From contig OX638351.1 in the NCBI GenBank assembly GCA_951813565.1, positions 640,001 through 704,000 of the forward strand: DNA of 64,000 bases, written 5' to 3'. Shown in pieces: positions 8,476-18,928 of this stretch; the first letter of the stretch is position 1, and each line of letters begins with the position of its first letter. The notes under the pieces were generated by a model, which saw only the letters and a program-made list of their open reading frames with translations, ran no database searches and was not told the origin of the DNA. Origin of the DNA: an uncultured Poribacteria bacterium (lineage in GTDB: Bacteria > Poribacteria > WGA-4E > WGA-3G). The position numbers and the translations under genes are program-made.

Positions 8476-10818
8476 ATGAGTATGAGAGAAAAATACGATT
8501 CTACAGATTTCTGGTATACGTTCATCAATTCACTCCATAACGAGGGACTCTCAGCTGGTAGGGGCGAATTGGAAATGGACGAGGAAATGCAGAAAAAACT
8601 TCTCGCTTACCTCAAAGAAAATATTGAAAAGGGAGTTACAAACGAGGAAACGGTACTCCCACCTACTCTTTCCGACTATTTATCGCGTTTTCCACAAGAA
8701 ATGCTGCCAAAGCTGCAGTCATTAGCAGAAAGTTTTCTTGACACGGATCCTGACAATGGACCAGCATCCGTGCTATTGGCAACTGTTGCCTATACGGAGA
8801 TGGGAAGTATCGGATCATTGCCGTTTGTAGGAAAAGCATTAACACTTGTGCCAAAAGATCTATGTCTGAATTTACTTATAATTTACAAGTACGGGAGGAA
8901 CTGCGGAGCCGCGGAACAAATTATTCTCACTGTACTTGAAAACGTATTTGAGTGGGCAAAACAACAAGATAATTCTGCCCGTTACCATGAAGTGAGAAAT
9001 TTCTATCGGCGACATAGAGTAACACCTTATTCAGTATATACAAGACTAAAAACATTCGATAAACGATATTGGGAAAAGCGAGAAGGGGACAGGATTATGG
9101 GAATAGGTGAAGGTAAAGGTACAATTGGGAAATGTAGAGATTTGATATCCGAAGAACAAGCAGCATTTAACAAAGTAATGGTAGAAGAATCAGACAATCC
9201 AAACATCTTTGGTGAGGAAACATCTGAGAATACAGATTTTTGGGATGCTTATCTTGACACATTAGAAGACCGTGGACTTTCAGTACCCAGATGGAAACTG
9301 GTACCCAAGGTGCAAGAAAAACTTTTAGATTACTTCAAGACAAAAATAGAAGCTGGGGTTATTGACGGTCTGACTACGTTACCATCACAACTTCCAGAGT
9401 ACGTTCCACTGTTCCCTGATGCGATGCTTCTGGAGCTGAGAGAATTCGCTGAAGAGGTATATGAAAAACAACCTGAAAATGGTGCTGCAGCAAAAATGTT
9501 AGCGGTAATTGAGCAGAAAGGTTATATTACATTTAATGAACAAGCAATCACTTTGGCACCTAATGACGCAGAAATCTGCTTTTATGCAATTAGTTATAAT
9601 ACTTCGCTTACGTTACTTGAAAAGTTGTTTGAAAGGGCACAACGACGAGGCGAATCAGAATTGTACCATTGGTTAGTAAGACTTTACAAAGAGATAGGTA
9701 CAACACCATGTGTTAGTTACCGGAAGTTGATGAAAAGTTCCGAGGGAAACGTAGAGTTGATTACACGGTATAAAGCATTGATTGTGCAAGCACAACAGAC
9801 TTTTGAGCATCGTCTGGAACAGGAACCTGATGACTGGTATGCTCTACGCGGACTCGGTGATATTTATGAAACGTTGGGTGAGACCGAATTGACACAAAAA
9901 TATCCGTGGGAGGGACATTCAGATACAAAGATTGCATGGCAACAGAAAGCATGGGTTGGCAGAAAACTGCCAGATTTTTCAGCGACTCCACTTGATGGCA
10001 CACCTATATCTGTATCGGATTACCGTGGTAAAATGTTAGTGCTAAATTTCTGTGCGAAATGGTGCGGTTTTTGTGCGCCTGAAATTCCTTATCTCAAAAA
10101 AGTCTATGAGGAACATCACGACAAAGGGTTAGAAGTTATTGGTGTGAGTCTTGACGAAAACGAAGCGGAACTATGTGAGTTTATTGACGCACATGATATA
10201 CCGTGGCCAAATATCTTTGATGGAAAAGGTTGGGAAAGTGACCTTGCTCGGTATTTTGGAATAAATAGTGTTCCTTCGCAATGGCTTATTGACAGGGATG
10301 GGACAATTATATCAGTTGGAACTAGACGAGAGACATTGGGACAACTCGTGAAGTGGGCAGAAGCATCGCGTGTTGGTAACCTGGTTCCGGATTTCTCAGC
10401 AGTTGATGTAGATGGGAATCTTGTTTCACCCTCGGCATATCGCGGTAAAGTTGTATTACTCTATTTTTGGACAAGCCAAGACTACTGTGAAAAAGAACTA
10501 ACTTATATGGACGCAGTCTATCAAAAATATCACACCAAGGGATTTGACATTGTCGATGTCAACATTGCAGGATGGAAAAATGAAGAAGATTTTCACCGAT
10601 TACTCAGTAAAAAAAACTATCAAGGCCACCATATCTATGATGGAGGCAAATTGAAACAGGGTCCACTTGCTCAGCAATTTGCCATTCAAGAAATCCCTAC
10701 ACTTCTGCTGATAGATACCGATGGTAAAATTATTGATGCACGGTCAGGAAAAGTACATTCACCTGAAGCATGGACTGCAAGATTAGAAAAGCTTGTGGCT
10801 ACACATCTTGGAATGTGA
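8476..10818 (+). CDS. TlpA/redoxin-family protein: duplicated helical N-terminal domain, TPR-like segment, two thioredoxin-fold domains
   Basis: 'LPDFS...GKMLVLNFCAKWCGFC' and second 'VPDFS...GKVVLLYFWTSQDYC'. Confidence 0.85.
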   Translation: MSMREKYDSTDFWYTFINSLHNEGLSAGRGELEMDEEMQKKLLAYLKENIEKGVTNEETVLPPTLSDYLSRFPQEMLPKLQSLAESFLDTDPDNGPASVLLATVAYTEMGSIGSLPFVGKALTLVPKDLCLNLLIIYKYGRNCGAAEQIILTVLENVFEWAKQQDNSARYHEVRNFYRRHRVTPYSVYTRLKTFDKRYWEKREGDRIMGIGEGKGTIGKCRDLISEEQAAFNKVMVEESDNPNIFGEETSENTDFWDAYLDTLEDRGLSVPRWKLVPKVQEKLLDYFKTKIEAGVIDGLTTLPSQLPEYVPLFPDAMLLELREFAEEVYEKQPENGAAAKMLAVIEQKGYITFNEQAITLAPNDAEICFYAISYNTSLTLLEKLFERAQRRGESELYHWLVRLYKEIGTTPCVSYRKLMKSSEGNVELITRYKALIVQAQQTFEHRLEQEPDDWYALRGLGDIYETLGETELTQKYPWEGHSDTKIAWQQKAWVGRKLPDFSATPLDGTPISVSDYRGKMLVLNFCAKWCGFCAPEIPYLKKVYEEHHDKGLEVIGVSLDENEAELCEFIDAHDIPWPNIFDGKGWESDLARYFGINSVPSQWLIDRDGTIISVGTRRETLGQLVKWAEASRVGNLVPDFSAVDVDGNLVSPSAYRGKVVLLYFWTSQDYCEKELTYMDAVYQKYHTKGFDIVDVNIAGWKNEEDFHRLLSKKNYQGHHIYDGGKLKQGPLAQQFAIQEIPTLLLIDTDGKIIDARSGKVHSPEAWTARLEKLVATHLGM

Positions 10819-10845
10819 TAGAATAGAAGGTAGGAGGGAACTGTT

Positions 10846-11304
10846 ATGGCGTATTTCATCACTGACGAATGCATCGGGTGTCTGCAGTGTCTATGTAAAT
10901 GTCCGGTAGATGCAATTACTGGTGATCGTGGTAAGTTGCACATCATTGACCCGGATGTGTGTATTGATTGTAGTGCTTGTGGGATGGTGTGTCCGGTGGA
11001 AGCAATTCACGACCAATTCGGGGAAGTGTGTAAATTTATCAAACCTCTCTCACATCGCCCTATAGCCGTTATCTATGAGGAACTATGTTCCGGATGTGAT
11101 TTCTGTGTTCAGATATGCCCTTGGGAGTGCCTTGAAATAATAAACCCGGTTACAAATGAACATGCAGATAGTTTCTTTGGTATTTGTGAACTTGTGAAAC
11201 CGAAGGATTGTGTCGGTTGTAAGCTTTGCGAAGAAGTTTGTATCAAGGACGCTATCCGAGTTGAATCGCCAGTGTTATTGGAACTCGCTGAGGCTGCAGA
11301 TTGA
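10846..11304 (+). CDS. Polyferredoxin with four CxxCxxCxxxC motifs
   Basis: CIGCLQCLCKCP, CIDCSACGMVCP, CSGCDFCVQICP, CVGCKLCEEVC. Confidence 0.9.
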   Translation: MAYFITDECIGCLQCLCKCPVDAITGDRGKLHIIDPDVCIDCSACGMVCPVEAIHDQFGEVCKFIKPLSHRPIAVIYEELCSGCDFCVQICPWECLEIINPVTNEHADSFFGICELVKPKDCVGCKLCEEVCIKDAIRVESPVLLELAEAAD

Positions 11305-11370
11305 GATTTACCGATACGCCAATTGAAACGAGAGAAAATTGTATAGGTTTATAAGTTTTACTATAAACAA

Positions 11371-11409
11371 AGAAGCCCAACCCACAGTAGATGGGTTGGG
11401 CTTCTTTTT
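11371..11409. terminator. Intrinsic terminator between convergent polyferredoxin and tRNA genes
   Basis: AGAAGCCCAACCCA-N7-TGGGTTGGGCTTCT plus T run. Confidence 0.8.
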
Positions 11410-11416
11410 GGAAAGA

Positions 11417-11491
11417 TACCCCCGACGAGATTTGAACTCGTGTCGCCGCCGTGAAAGGGCGGTGTCCTTGGCCAGGCTAGACGACGGGGGC
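11417..11491 (-). tRNA. tRNA-Glu (TTC), CCA not encoded
   Basis: GCCCCCGTCGTCTAGCCTGGCCAAGGACACCGCCCTTTCACGGCGGCGACACGAGTTCAAATCTCGTCGGGGGTA forms a cloverleaf. Confidence 0.95.
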
Positions 11492-11507
11492 ATATAGAAA
11501 AAATGAA

Positions 11508-11580
11508 TGAGCCGTACAGGAGTCGAACCTGTGACCACCTGATTAAAAGTCAGATGCTCTACCAGCTGAGCTAACGGCTC
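11508..11580 (-). tRNA. tRNA-Lys (TTT), CCA not encoded
   Basis: GAGCCGTTAGCTCAGCTGGTAGAGCATCTGACTTTTAATCAGGTGGTCACAGGTTCGACTCCTGTACGGCTCA. Confidence 0.95.
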
Positions 11581-11596
11581 AAATTCACAATATATT

Positions 11597-11625
11597 ATGA
11601 TACAACCTTTCTTGGCAAATGTCAA
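11597..11625 (-). promoter_or_regulatory. Sigma-70 promoter of the tRNA pair
   Basis: TTGACA-N17-TATCAT. Confidence 0.75.
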
Positions 11626-11692
11626 GTTAAAATGCAAAAACTTGAAAGCTTATTGGAAGGTTGTAGGGGTAGGATAGTTTTGGTGCCGCTCT

Positions 11693-12985
<1,293 letters not shown>

Positions 12986-13234
12986 CTATCTCGCAAGACA
13001 TTAGTCCGCAATAAGATATACAACCTGTCTCATGAATCGTGGGAGGGCTTTGTAAACGCGATCTTCAAGAAATGTTTACTTCAGTAGAAACGCGTTTGTA
13101 GTCGCGCAATTTATTGCGCCTCGGACATTTGCATTAGTATTTTACGGCTTGGATTGAGCGTAGTGAAACAACAAATTCCGATTTATGAGATGCACTCTAT
13201 ATAAAGCCGTGAAATACACCGACACTCTCCAAAA

Positions 13235-13642
13235 TTAACGTTTAGAGAATTGAAATCTTGCCCGTGCGCCTTTCTGCCCGTATTTTTTGCGTTCTACCAT
13301 CCGTGGGTCGCGTGTTAAAAACCCAGCTTTTTTCAGTGCAGGCTTCAACGCTTCGTCTGCTTTAACGAGTGCGCGTGCAAGACCGTGCGAAATAGCACCG
13401 GACTGACCGGTATTGCCTCCGCCACGGACATTCACGTGGACAGCGAATTCACCAACTCGCTCAACGTGCTCAATCGGTCGGCGCGCTGCCTGCACGTGAT
13501 CTGAACGGTCAAAGTACTCCTCAATAGGTTTTTTATTGACAAGAATGCCGCCTTCACCACCTGGGATAATTCGGACGCGCGCGACAGAGGTTTTACGCCT
13601 ACCAGTTCCCCAATATTGTTCAATGGCCATATATTTCCTCAA
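13235..13642 (-). CDS. rpsI: 30S ribosomal protein S9 (start may be ATG at 13630)
   Basis: [12 protein letters not shown]...[19 protein letters not shown]. Confidence 0.98.
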   Translation of the reverse strand: MRKYMAIEQYWGTGRRKTSVARVRIIPGGEGGILVNKKPIEEYFDRSDHVQAARRPIEHVERVGEFAVHVNVRGGGNTGQSGAISHGLARALVKADEALKPALKKAGFLTRDPRMVERKKYGQKGARARFQFSKR

Positions 13643-13645
13643 CTG

Positions 13646-14083
13646 TTAAAATGTTAAGACTTCCGGTTCCTGGGCTTGGTGCGGGTGGTTTGGACCTGTA
13701 TAGACTTTTAACCCCTTCATCAATTTTGCACCGAGGCTATTCTTAGGCACCATACCTTTGACCGCAGCAGTAATAATAAATTCTGGGCTGCGTTCCATCT
13801 GTTCATTGAACGTTCGATATCTGTCACCACCAGGATAACCGCTATGCCGGAAATAGGTTTTCTGTTCACCTTTATTTCCGGTCACAACAACCTTTTCGGC
13901 GTTAATCACAGCAACACGATACCCTAAATCCGCGTGGGGTGTAAAACTGGGGTCATGTTTCCCTCTCAGTACTTGCGCGATTCCGGATGCCAACCGTCCG
14001 AGCACTTGCCCTTCTGCATCCACAACGTACCACTTAATCTGTTTATCGGATTTAGGAAAATGGGTTTTTGTTTTCAATACCAT
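13646..14083 (-). CDS. rplM: 50S ribosomal protein L13
   Basis: WYVVDAEGQVLGRLA..LRGKH..FTPH..HSGYPGG. Confidence 0.98.
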   Translation of the reverse strand: MVLKTKTHFPKSDKQIKWYVVDAEGQVLGRLASGIAQVLRGKHDPSFTPHADLGYRVAVINAEKVVVTGNKGEQKTYFRHSGYPGGDRYRTFNEQMERSPEFIITAAVKGMVPKNSLGAKLMKGLKVYTGPNHPHQAQEPEVLTF

Positions 14084-14148
14084 AATTCTTTACCTTCTCA
14101 GAAAATGCTTGCTTTTCTAAATGATATTTGCTCACATGCATATACTGT

Positions 14149-14177
14149 ATTATACTATAAAAAGTGTGGGTTGTCAA
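14149..14177 (-). promoter_or_regulatory. Consensus sigma-70 promoter of rplM-rpsI
   Basis: TTGACA-N17-TATAAT. Confidence 0.85.
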
Positions 14178-14193
14178 AATTAAATAACCCTGG

Positions 14194-14288
14194 GGGTGTG
14201 TAAATATTTGGTTACATAGGTTCAATTTACAATGATTACGCGGCGTTTTCCACTGTAGGGCGGATTTCTACAAAAACTTTACACACCC
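14194..14288. mobile_element. 95-bp MITE with ISKra4-type ends
   Basis: GGGTGTGTAAA...CAAAAACTTTACACACCC; right 18 nt identical to the IS end at 16650-16667. Confidence 0.75.
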
Positions 14289-14459
14289 AGTTAAAAACTA
14301 TGCCGTGTTTATCAATTGTAACACAATATTGAGTTTTTATCCATTCCAAAGATAAACGGTGATTCAAAGCTGAAACCAAAATAAACTCCTAAACGTGTTA
14401 TGTATGGATAGGTTTAACGACCTGCAATAATTAATACATTAACATTTTAGGAGGAATTT

Positions 14460-14882
14460 ATGAAACTCAACCCCTACTTAACCTTCAACAATGATTGCCG
14501 TGAAGCGTTTGAATTCTACCGCTCAGTTTTCGGCGGAGAGTTCATAAACATATCAACATTCCGTGAAGCACCAGAAGACCTTGGCGTTGCGGAGGAAGAC
14601 CTTGATCGTATCATGCACGTTTCCCTTCCGATCGGATCCAACGTCTTGATGGGCAGCGACACTTGTTCATCGTTCGGACCACCGCGTGTTGCTGGTAATA
14701 ACTTCTCGCTCTGCTTTGAAGCAGATAACAGACCACATGCAGACGAAGTCTTTGCTAAACTATCTAATGGTGGCAAAGTCATGATGCCGATGGGCGACAT
14801 GTTCTGGGGTGCGTATTACGGTAAATGCACTGACAAATTTGGAATCACCTGGGATATCCTTGCTGAACACGCGCAGGAATAA
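14460..14882 (+). CDS. VOC/glyoxalase-superfamily protein (PhnB/YjdN-like)
   Basis: LNPYLTF..CREAFEFYRSVFGG...IMH...FWGAYYGKCTDKFGITW. Confidence 0.9.
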   Translation: MKLNPYLTFNNDCREAFEFYRSVFGGEFINISTFREAPEDLGVAEEDLDRIMHVSLPIGSNVLMGSDTCSSFGPPRVAGNNFSLCFEADNRPHADEVFAKLSNGGKVMMPMGDMFWGAYYGKCTDKFGITWDILAEHAQE

Positions 14883-14895
14883 TCCTGCACGTTAT

Positions 14896-15031
14896 TATAG
14901 TAAACTTTAGAATTAACGGGACATTTTGAGACGTAGGAGGGAATTCCGATTCCCGACTATCAGTGAGGTTCGTCTCGATTCGGAGATCGCTCCTACAGAA
15001 AATGTGTATCTTTATTTTTAAAGTTCACTAT
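14896..15031. mobile_element. MITE-like unit enclosing an inverted GTAG REP pair
   Basis: TATAGTAAACTTTAG.../...TAAAGTTCACTATA ends; inside GTAGGAGGGAATTCCGATTCCCGAC...GATTCGGAGATCGCTCCTAC. Confidence 0.6.
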
Positions 15032-15209
15032 AAATAAAATGTTCCTTAGAACCGAGTTTTTCAAAAAGCTCGGTTCTAAGCCTTCCCTAACTGTCCCCAC
15101 CATCTTGTGAGTAGGTCTCTCCTCCCATCCACTCGTTTGAACGGAAATCGGCTTTACAACCCTTCTACAAGAAATTTATCCCGTACATCCATACATTAAA
15201 CTTCCTTAC

Positions 15210-16667
15210 GGGTGTGTAAAGTTTTTGGCATGAAATTGAAATGAATGGAGTTCTTGCACAGAATGTATACAAATGGTATCCTGACCTCATAAATAAGATA
15301 CTTTTTTAGGAAGGATACCAATGCCAAGTATATCATTAAGTCCTTGTGAAGGCAACGATTACAAAGCAGATTTTAACGAGTTTGTAAAAGAGATCAACGA
15401 TCTTTATGTAGACATCAATTCTGACGAGGGTTTATCTTTAGGTGATGTTGAAGTCCGTGTTTCCGAAGCATTTTGTTCTTTTAAACAAAAGTTTTTAGAA
15501 ATGTGTGTTTCTAAAAAGTCAAATAAGAAAGAGCGTGAACCAGTTGAATGTCCAGCGTGTTAAGAACTTTGTCGTCCATTGCGTATGCGTGCGCGTTATT
15601 TCACAACACTTTGTGGAAAAACAAGCGTAAATCGTTGGGTGTATTGTTGTGAACAAGGACATCGTCACGCGCCGTGGGAGGTCAAACAGAAGTTATTGGG
15701 TCAATACACGCGTCGTGTTGCTGAAGCGATGTGTCGTCTGTCTGCCCTTCTTGACTATAGAGAAGCGGCATCGGAGTTGTCGCATCAAGGTATAGAAGTC
15801 AGCCACACGACGCTCCAACACAAAGTGAGTGAATGGTCAGAAGATTTGAGCGTCTGTGAACAAGTGGCACCTCAAAAACTCGCAGAAAATGAGCGATGGC
15901 CTGTGAGTTGTGATGGGTGTCATACCAACTCCCCTGATGGGTGGAAAGAGACAAAAGTTGGTTGTGTTTACAGAGATTATCCACAATGTGGTTCTGATGC
16001 GGTGTCAAGTGCGAGAGAGACAAGTATCCGTTATGTCGCAACGCGTAATGATGCGGCACATTTTGGTAAGGAGTTATATGCGTTAGCAACCAATAGTGGC
16101 ATCTACCAAGAAGCGATAGATACGCAAGAGATTGTGTTTCTTGGTGATGGTGCAGCGTGGATATGGAACTTAGCGGATGAATACTTCCCCAATGCTGTAG
16201 AGATTGTGGATTATATGCATGCGAAGTCTCATCTATATGATGTTGCTAAAGTTGCCTTCGGAGAGACTGAAACAGAGGCGATACAAGACTGGGTAAAAAC
16301 GACAGAACCTATCCTTTATGATGGCAACATTACAGAAGTAGCCGCACGCATTCGTGGCTTAGACACACAGACCCCGGAAGTATCGGATATTTTAGAAAGA
16401 GAAGCGCGGTATTTCGAAAAACACGCGAAGCGAATGCAGTATAAAGCGTTTAGAGAAAAAGGGTATCAGATTGGCAGTGGTGTGATTGAAAGTGCGTGTA
16501 AACATGTTGTCGGACAAAGATGCAAACAAGCTGCTATGAGATGGGAGAAACCGGGTATCAATGCTGTGCTGAAGTGGAGGTGTTTGTTGAAAAATGAAGC
16601 ATGGAATAATTATTGGTATACAAACACAAAAGCAGCGTGATATTCATGCCAAAAACTTTACACACCC
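15210..16667 (+). mobile_element. ISKra4-family insertion sequence
   Basis: Perfect 25-bp TIR GGGTGTGTAAAGTTTTTGGCATGAA / TTCATGCCAAAAACTTTACACACCC. Confidence 0.9.
15321..16640 (+). pseudogene. ISKra4-family transposase interrupted by in-frame TAA at 15561-15563
   Basis: The two ORFs share a frame (CPAC*ELCRP); motifs SCDG, GDGAAWIW, DYMHA, IGSGVIESACK. Confidence 0.88.
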
Positions 16668-18382
16668 CATTCCGCAGTTGTTAAATCAGATTTTAAGTAT
16701 TTATGTTATACTGTTGTATCTTGAATAATAGGAGATGATACCATAACTGAACCTACTTTTACAACCCTACGCTTAGATCATCTTGGCATTGTTGCTGGTG
16801 TATGTGATCGTATTGACTTGATTGACACGATTGATACCTTTATTGGTCTAACGAAACGGAAAGTCTCAGTGGGTGAAGCTGTGATGGCAATGGTCTTGAA
16901 TGCTTTAGGCTTTGTCTCACGCCCTCTCTGCTTGACACCTGAGTTTTTTTCAAATAAACCCGTGGACTTGTTGGTCCGGTCTCACCGCTGTGCTGCCGAT
17001 TTTTCGGACGATAGTCTTGGGCGTGCTTTAGATACTCTTTATGAAAACGGAGTTACCGAACTTTTTGCGATAGTTGCGTCCAAGGCATTATCAACATTTG
17101 ACATAGCCCATCGTTTTGTCCATCTGGATAGTAGCACGTTTAGTTTGCATGGAGACTATGATACCGAAACGGACGATGAACACGCCATTCACATCACCCA
17201 CGGATATAGTCGGGATCAGCGTCCGGACATCAAACAGGTGGTTGTCCAACTCATTTGTTCTTATCGGTCTCAGTTCCCGGTATAGTTCAAAGCACTTGAT
17301 GGAAATAAGGCTGATAAAACAAGTTTCCCAGACACGATCCGCGCATATCTGGCGCAACTGCGTGGCAGTGAACCGCCTTATTTTGTAGCGGATAGTGCGC
17401 TCTATACCGCCCATAACATTACGACGCTCTGTGATGTGCGTTTTATTACGCGTGTGCCTGAGACGATCAAAGCTGTCAAAGCCCTCTATCAAACTATCTC
17501 CACTGAAGCGATGCAGCCGGCACTACTTGATGGGTATCGTTATCTTTCGGTTGATAGCACCTATGGCGGTGTTCCTCAAAGGTGGTTAGTTGTTTATTCC
17601 GATGCAGCGTCCCATCGTGAAGTGGCGACTTTGGAAAAAAAGATTGCCAAAGCACAGGGGGTTGCCGAGACATCCTTCAAGCGATTGCAGCATAAAACGT
17701 TTGACACCTATTCAGCTGCTGAAGCCGCTGTGGCAGATATATCCAAATCGTGGAAGTATCATCAACCTTGTGCCACCATCATCTCTGTTCCACATTATAC
17801 AACTCCGGGACGACCTAACAAAACGGATAAACCGACACACTTCCGTTATCGGATTGAGGGTAAAGTCGTTGCGAATGTGGAAGCGATTGAAAAACTCAAG
17901 CGCAGCAAAGGCAGATTTGTGCTCGCCACGAATGAGTTAGACACAACTTTACTTGACGATGCCACTTTACTTGATGTGTATAAAGCACAGAACATCTCTG
18001 TAGAACGCAGTTTTCGCTTTTTGAAAGACCCTTTATTCTTTGCCGCCAGTCTATATCTAAAAAACAACCAACGCATCATGGCATTGCTGATGGTGATGGG
18101 ACTTTCGCTGCTTGTTTATGCGCTTGCGGAACGATGGGTTCAAACCGAGTTGGTCAAACAAGAACAAACGATACCCAACCAAGTTGGTAAGTCAACGCAG
18201 AACCCAACACGCCGACGCATCTTTCAAATGTTTGAGGGTATTGATGTCCTATTGATAGAACAAAACGGTCATATACAACGCACTATCGTGAACATAACAG
18301 TGATAAAGTCTCAAATTATCAACATATTAGGTATAGAAGTCAAAAAAGTTTATTTTCCAGATCCGTAACTGCGGAATGTAGG
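16668..18382 (+). mobile_element. IS1634-family element; left TIR disrupted by the ISKra4 insertion
   Basis: Right end AACTGCGGAATGTAGG; left end ATTCCGCAGTT at 16669-16679 completed by CTTAC at 15205-15209. Confidence 0.8.
16743..18368 (+). pseudogene. IS1634-family transposase with degenerate start (ATA) and in-frame TAG at 17283-17285
   Basis: LDHLGIVAG, HLDSSTF, GYSRDQRPDIKQ, VADSALY, VERSFRFLKDP all in one frame. Confidence 0.88.
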
Positions 18383-18607
18383 ATTAATCGTTATAATAGA
18401 CATTATAACGTTTTAATTGTCCGTAGTTTTTGGTCTTTCATAAAATCTAAAGTTCGTCCGTCGGGTAGAGCTTGCGACACCCGACGGACACGCCATCCAC
18501 TTTTTGCCTATATTTCGGTCTTGGCATTATCAGACACTTCCGATTAAATCATTATAATGTCTAATGTCTATTATAGATTAGGTCTCTTTCTGATTGGTTG
18601 TAGTCGA

Positions 18608-18919
18608 CTACTGAGATTTGCGCATTCCCGTCAAAACGACGAGGGGTTCTGAACTGGTGACAGTTAGTGAATGATAGGTATTCGCAGGAACATCAATGCG
18701 GTCGCCTCGTTTAACAGTGTCGTGGTCATCGGCGACTTTCACATCTGCTGTGCCAGATAATACGCAAACAACTTCATCTTGGCTATGGATGTAATCAAGG
18801 TAAGCGCCGCCAGGACGTCCTGTCCACTGATATGCATCAAATCCCTCGGATTGTAACTGCTTCTTTAGGGCATCGGTATCATCATTCTGTTCTAACCAAT
18901 TTGATTTCCATTCCATCAT
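18608..18919 (-). CDS. Cupin-domain protein
   Basis: H-SQDE-VVCVLSG...GDRIDVPANTYH. Confidence 0.85.
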   Translation of the reverse strand: MMEWKSNWLEQNDDTDALKKQLQSEGFDAYQWTGRPGGAYLDYIHSQDEVVCVLSGTADVKVADDHDTVKRGDRIDVPANTYHSLTVTSSEPLVVLTGMRKSQ

Positions 18920-18928
18920 ATATTCTCC

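Noticed and set aside
11308..11637. 109-aa ORF
   Set aside because: Overlaps two tRNA genes and a terminator
15561..15563. Stop-codon recoding in the transposases (TAA 15561, TAG 17283)
   Set aside because: No recoding signal seen; TAG and TAA terminate normal genes here; simple nonsense mutations suffice
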